Below, piece after piece: positions 62,566 to 64,000 of a stretch of DNA of 64,000 bases. The first letter of the stretch is position 1, and each line of letters begins with the position of its first letter. The notes beneath the pieces are model-generated. The model was not told where the DNA came from and ran no database searches. It saw nothing but the letters and a program-made list of their open reading frames with translations. This stretch comes from Takakia lepidozioides (lineage: Eukaryota > Plantae > Bryophyta): assembly GCA_030704615.1 (NCBI GenBank), contig CM060731.1, positions 90,396,001 through 90,460,000 of the forward strand, written 5' to 3'. A program made the translations under genes and the position numbers.

Positions 62566-64000
62566 AAGGGCTGCTATTTCATGAGCGGCATGAGCATGAG
62601 CGGAAAAAAAGAAAGCATGAGCGGGCCGAATTGTGTCCACGGAAATAGGGTTAGGAGGCACGGAAATAGGGTCATGTGGACTTGTCATAGCAATGAAATG
62701 CAATATTTTATTGCAAATTTGGTGGCAAGCCACGTCTATACAAGTGTGTCCTAACTGTCATAGCAGGAATGGGAACTACTCTCCTACACCTTCCGAGGAA
62801 CTTGGCCCTCCTTCTTCCTCATCCCCCTCATCCCCCCCATCCTCCGAGCTCTGTGATGCATCGGTTGCAGTATGCCTCTCAAAAATGCCGTCCTCTCCTT
62901 GGGGGACTGTCCACCTCACCTCCTGGGAATCTTCTGCCTCTTCTCCCCCACTTTCCTCAGCAGAATCCAACACAAATCTACGAGCCCGACGGGCTCTAAT
63001 AGCTGTTGCCTCCTCCCTCATCTTCATTTTCTTGAGGCTTGCCTCGTCTAAAATTTGCTGTACACGACTAGGTTCGGAACACCTCCTAATGGACACCGAA
63101 GCAAGCCGGGCAGCATAGGTAGGAAGGATGTAGTCCCTTTCTGGACTAGGCATGAAATCCCCCCTGGCACAAAAAGGCACGTTGCTCTTGCCCATGAACT
63201 CCGGTGTAGACGTCCCTCCTGCCGTACTTGGCATCCTACAGTAAGAACAAATCCACTTCAAGAATGTCAATACCAGCAGAAGCAGAAAGGGTTTTCAATG
63301 AAATAAGAGAGCGAAGGGAGGTGCCTCACGAAATCTGGAGGCAACTTACAATGCAACCACTCACTCGTACACCGGGGGCTCCTCGGCCTCGATCCCAACT
63401 TGTTCCTCCCCCTGCTCCTTCTCGGATTTTTCCTCATCCTCCAAGGATGCCTCTTCCTCTTTTGGCAGACGTTCAGCCGCTACAAGTTCCGAGTTGTGGA
63501 GGGCAGTATCTGGCTCGAAGGCAAACACATGCCTGTCGGACAACGTCCCTGCCCACATTGAAGCACCTGAGGAACAAAGCGGGCGGTTAATAGCTTGCGG
63601 CATGCAATTGCAATCGGGCCAGGGGACAAACTGAGCACGTGAAGGCTTACCCGTGCCGCATGTGAGGTCCAGAATCCGCCCTTGGACATCCGAGCACGTC
63701 TCCATGAGGGTTTGGATGAAAGCAGGGCTCCGGGTCCGGCTGTACCGCCACGGTTTGCCTGTCTTTGTGTCCTTCGGCATACTGGAGTGGGGCACATAGT
63801 TGTAGAGGACATCGTAGGTAACAGGGTCCACAGCGGCATCAACAAGACGACCGTCGTTGCGGAATTTGAACGTAGACCCTCTCTTCACAAAGCAATATGC
63901 CTCAAACACCAATGTCTGCACATCCAACAAAAGAGGGATCAACTCCGGGATCTTGTTTAGATACACCACAATATGAGGTGAATGCAATAGATTGATAACT
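62566..64000 (-). mobile_element. Family-B copy B4: TIR plus last exons of the ParB-MTase gene (runs off window)
   Basis: GGGCTGCTATTTCATGAGCGGCATGAGCATGAGCGG at 62568. The sequence is homologous to 23408-24820, including ILDLTCGTG. Confidence 0.92.

Overview
Eukaryotic (probably non-seed land plant, inferred) transposon-dense window with no ordinary host gene. Positions 1-6433 are a young chromodomain-type Ty3/Gypsy LTR retrotransposon. Almost everything from ~6435 to 64000 is nested, partly decayed copies of at least four related families (my labels A/A', B, C, D) of a large Mutator-like (MULE) DNA transposon with an unusual two-gene, head-to-head layout. Gene 1 is a DDE transposase with a WRKY/GCM1-like Zn domain and a SWIM finger. 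Gene 2 is intron-containing and encodes a ParB/Srx-like domain (YVWDGNHRLLA) fused to a beta-class (N4C/N6A-type) DNA amino-methyltransferase fold. Families A, A', B and C each carry arrays of their own 22-bp palindrome, all with the geometry 7bp-CG-N4-CG-7bp. One family-B copy (23406-34333) is fully delimited by TIRs and a 9-bp TSD and sits inside the ParB-MTase gene of a family-A element. A second B copy is inserted ~100 bp away in the homologous gene of a diverged A' copy. A 500-N assembly gap lies at 37348-37847. All domain calls come from motif recognition by eye; no database searches were run.
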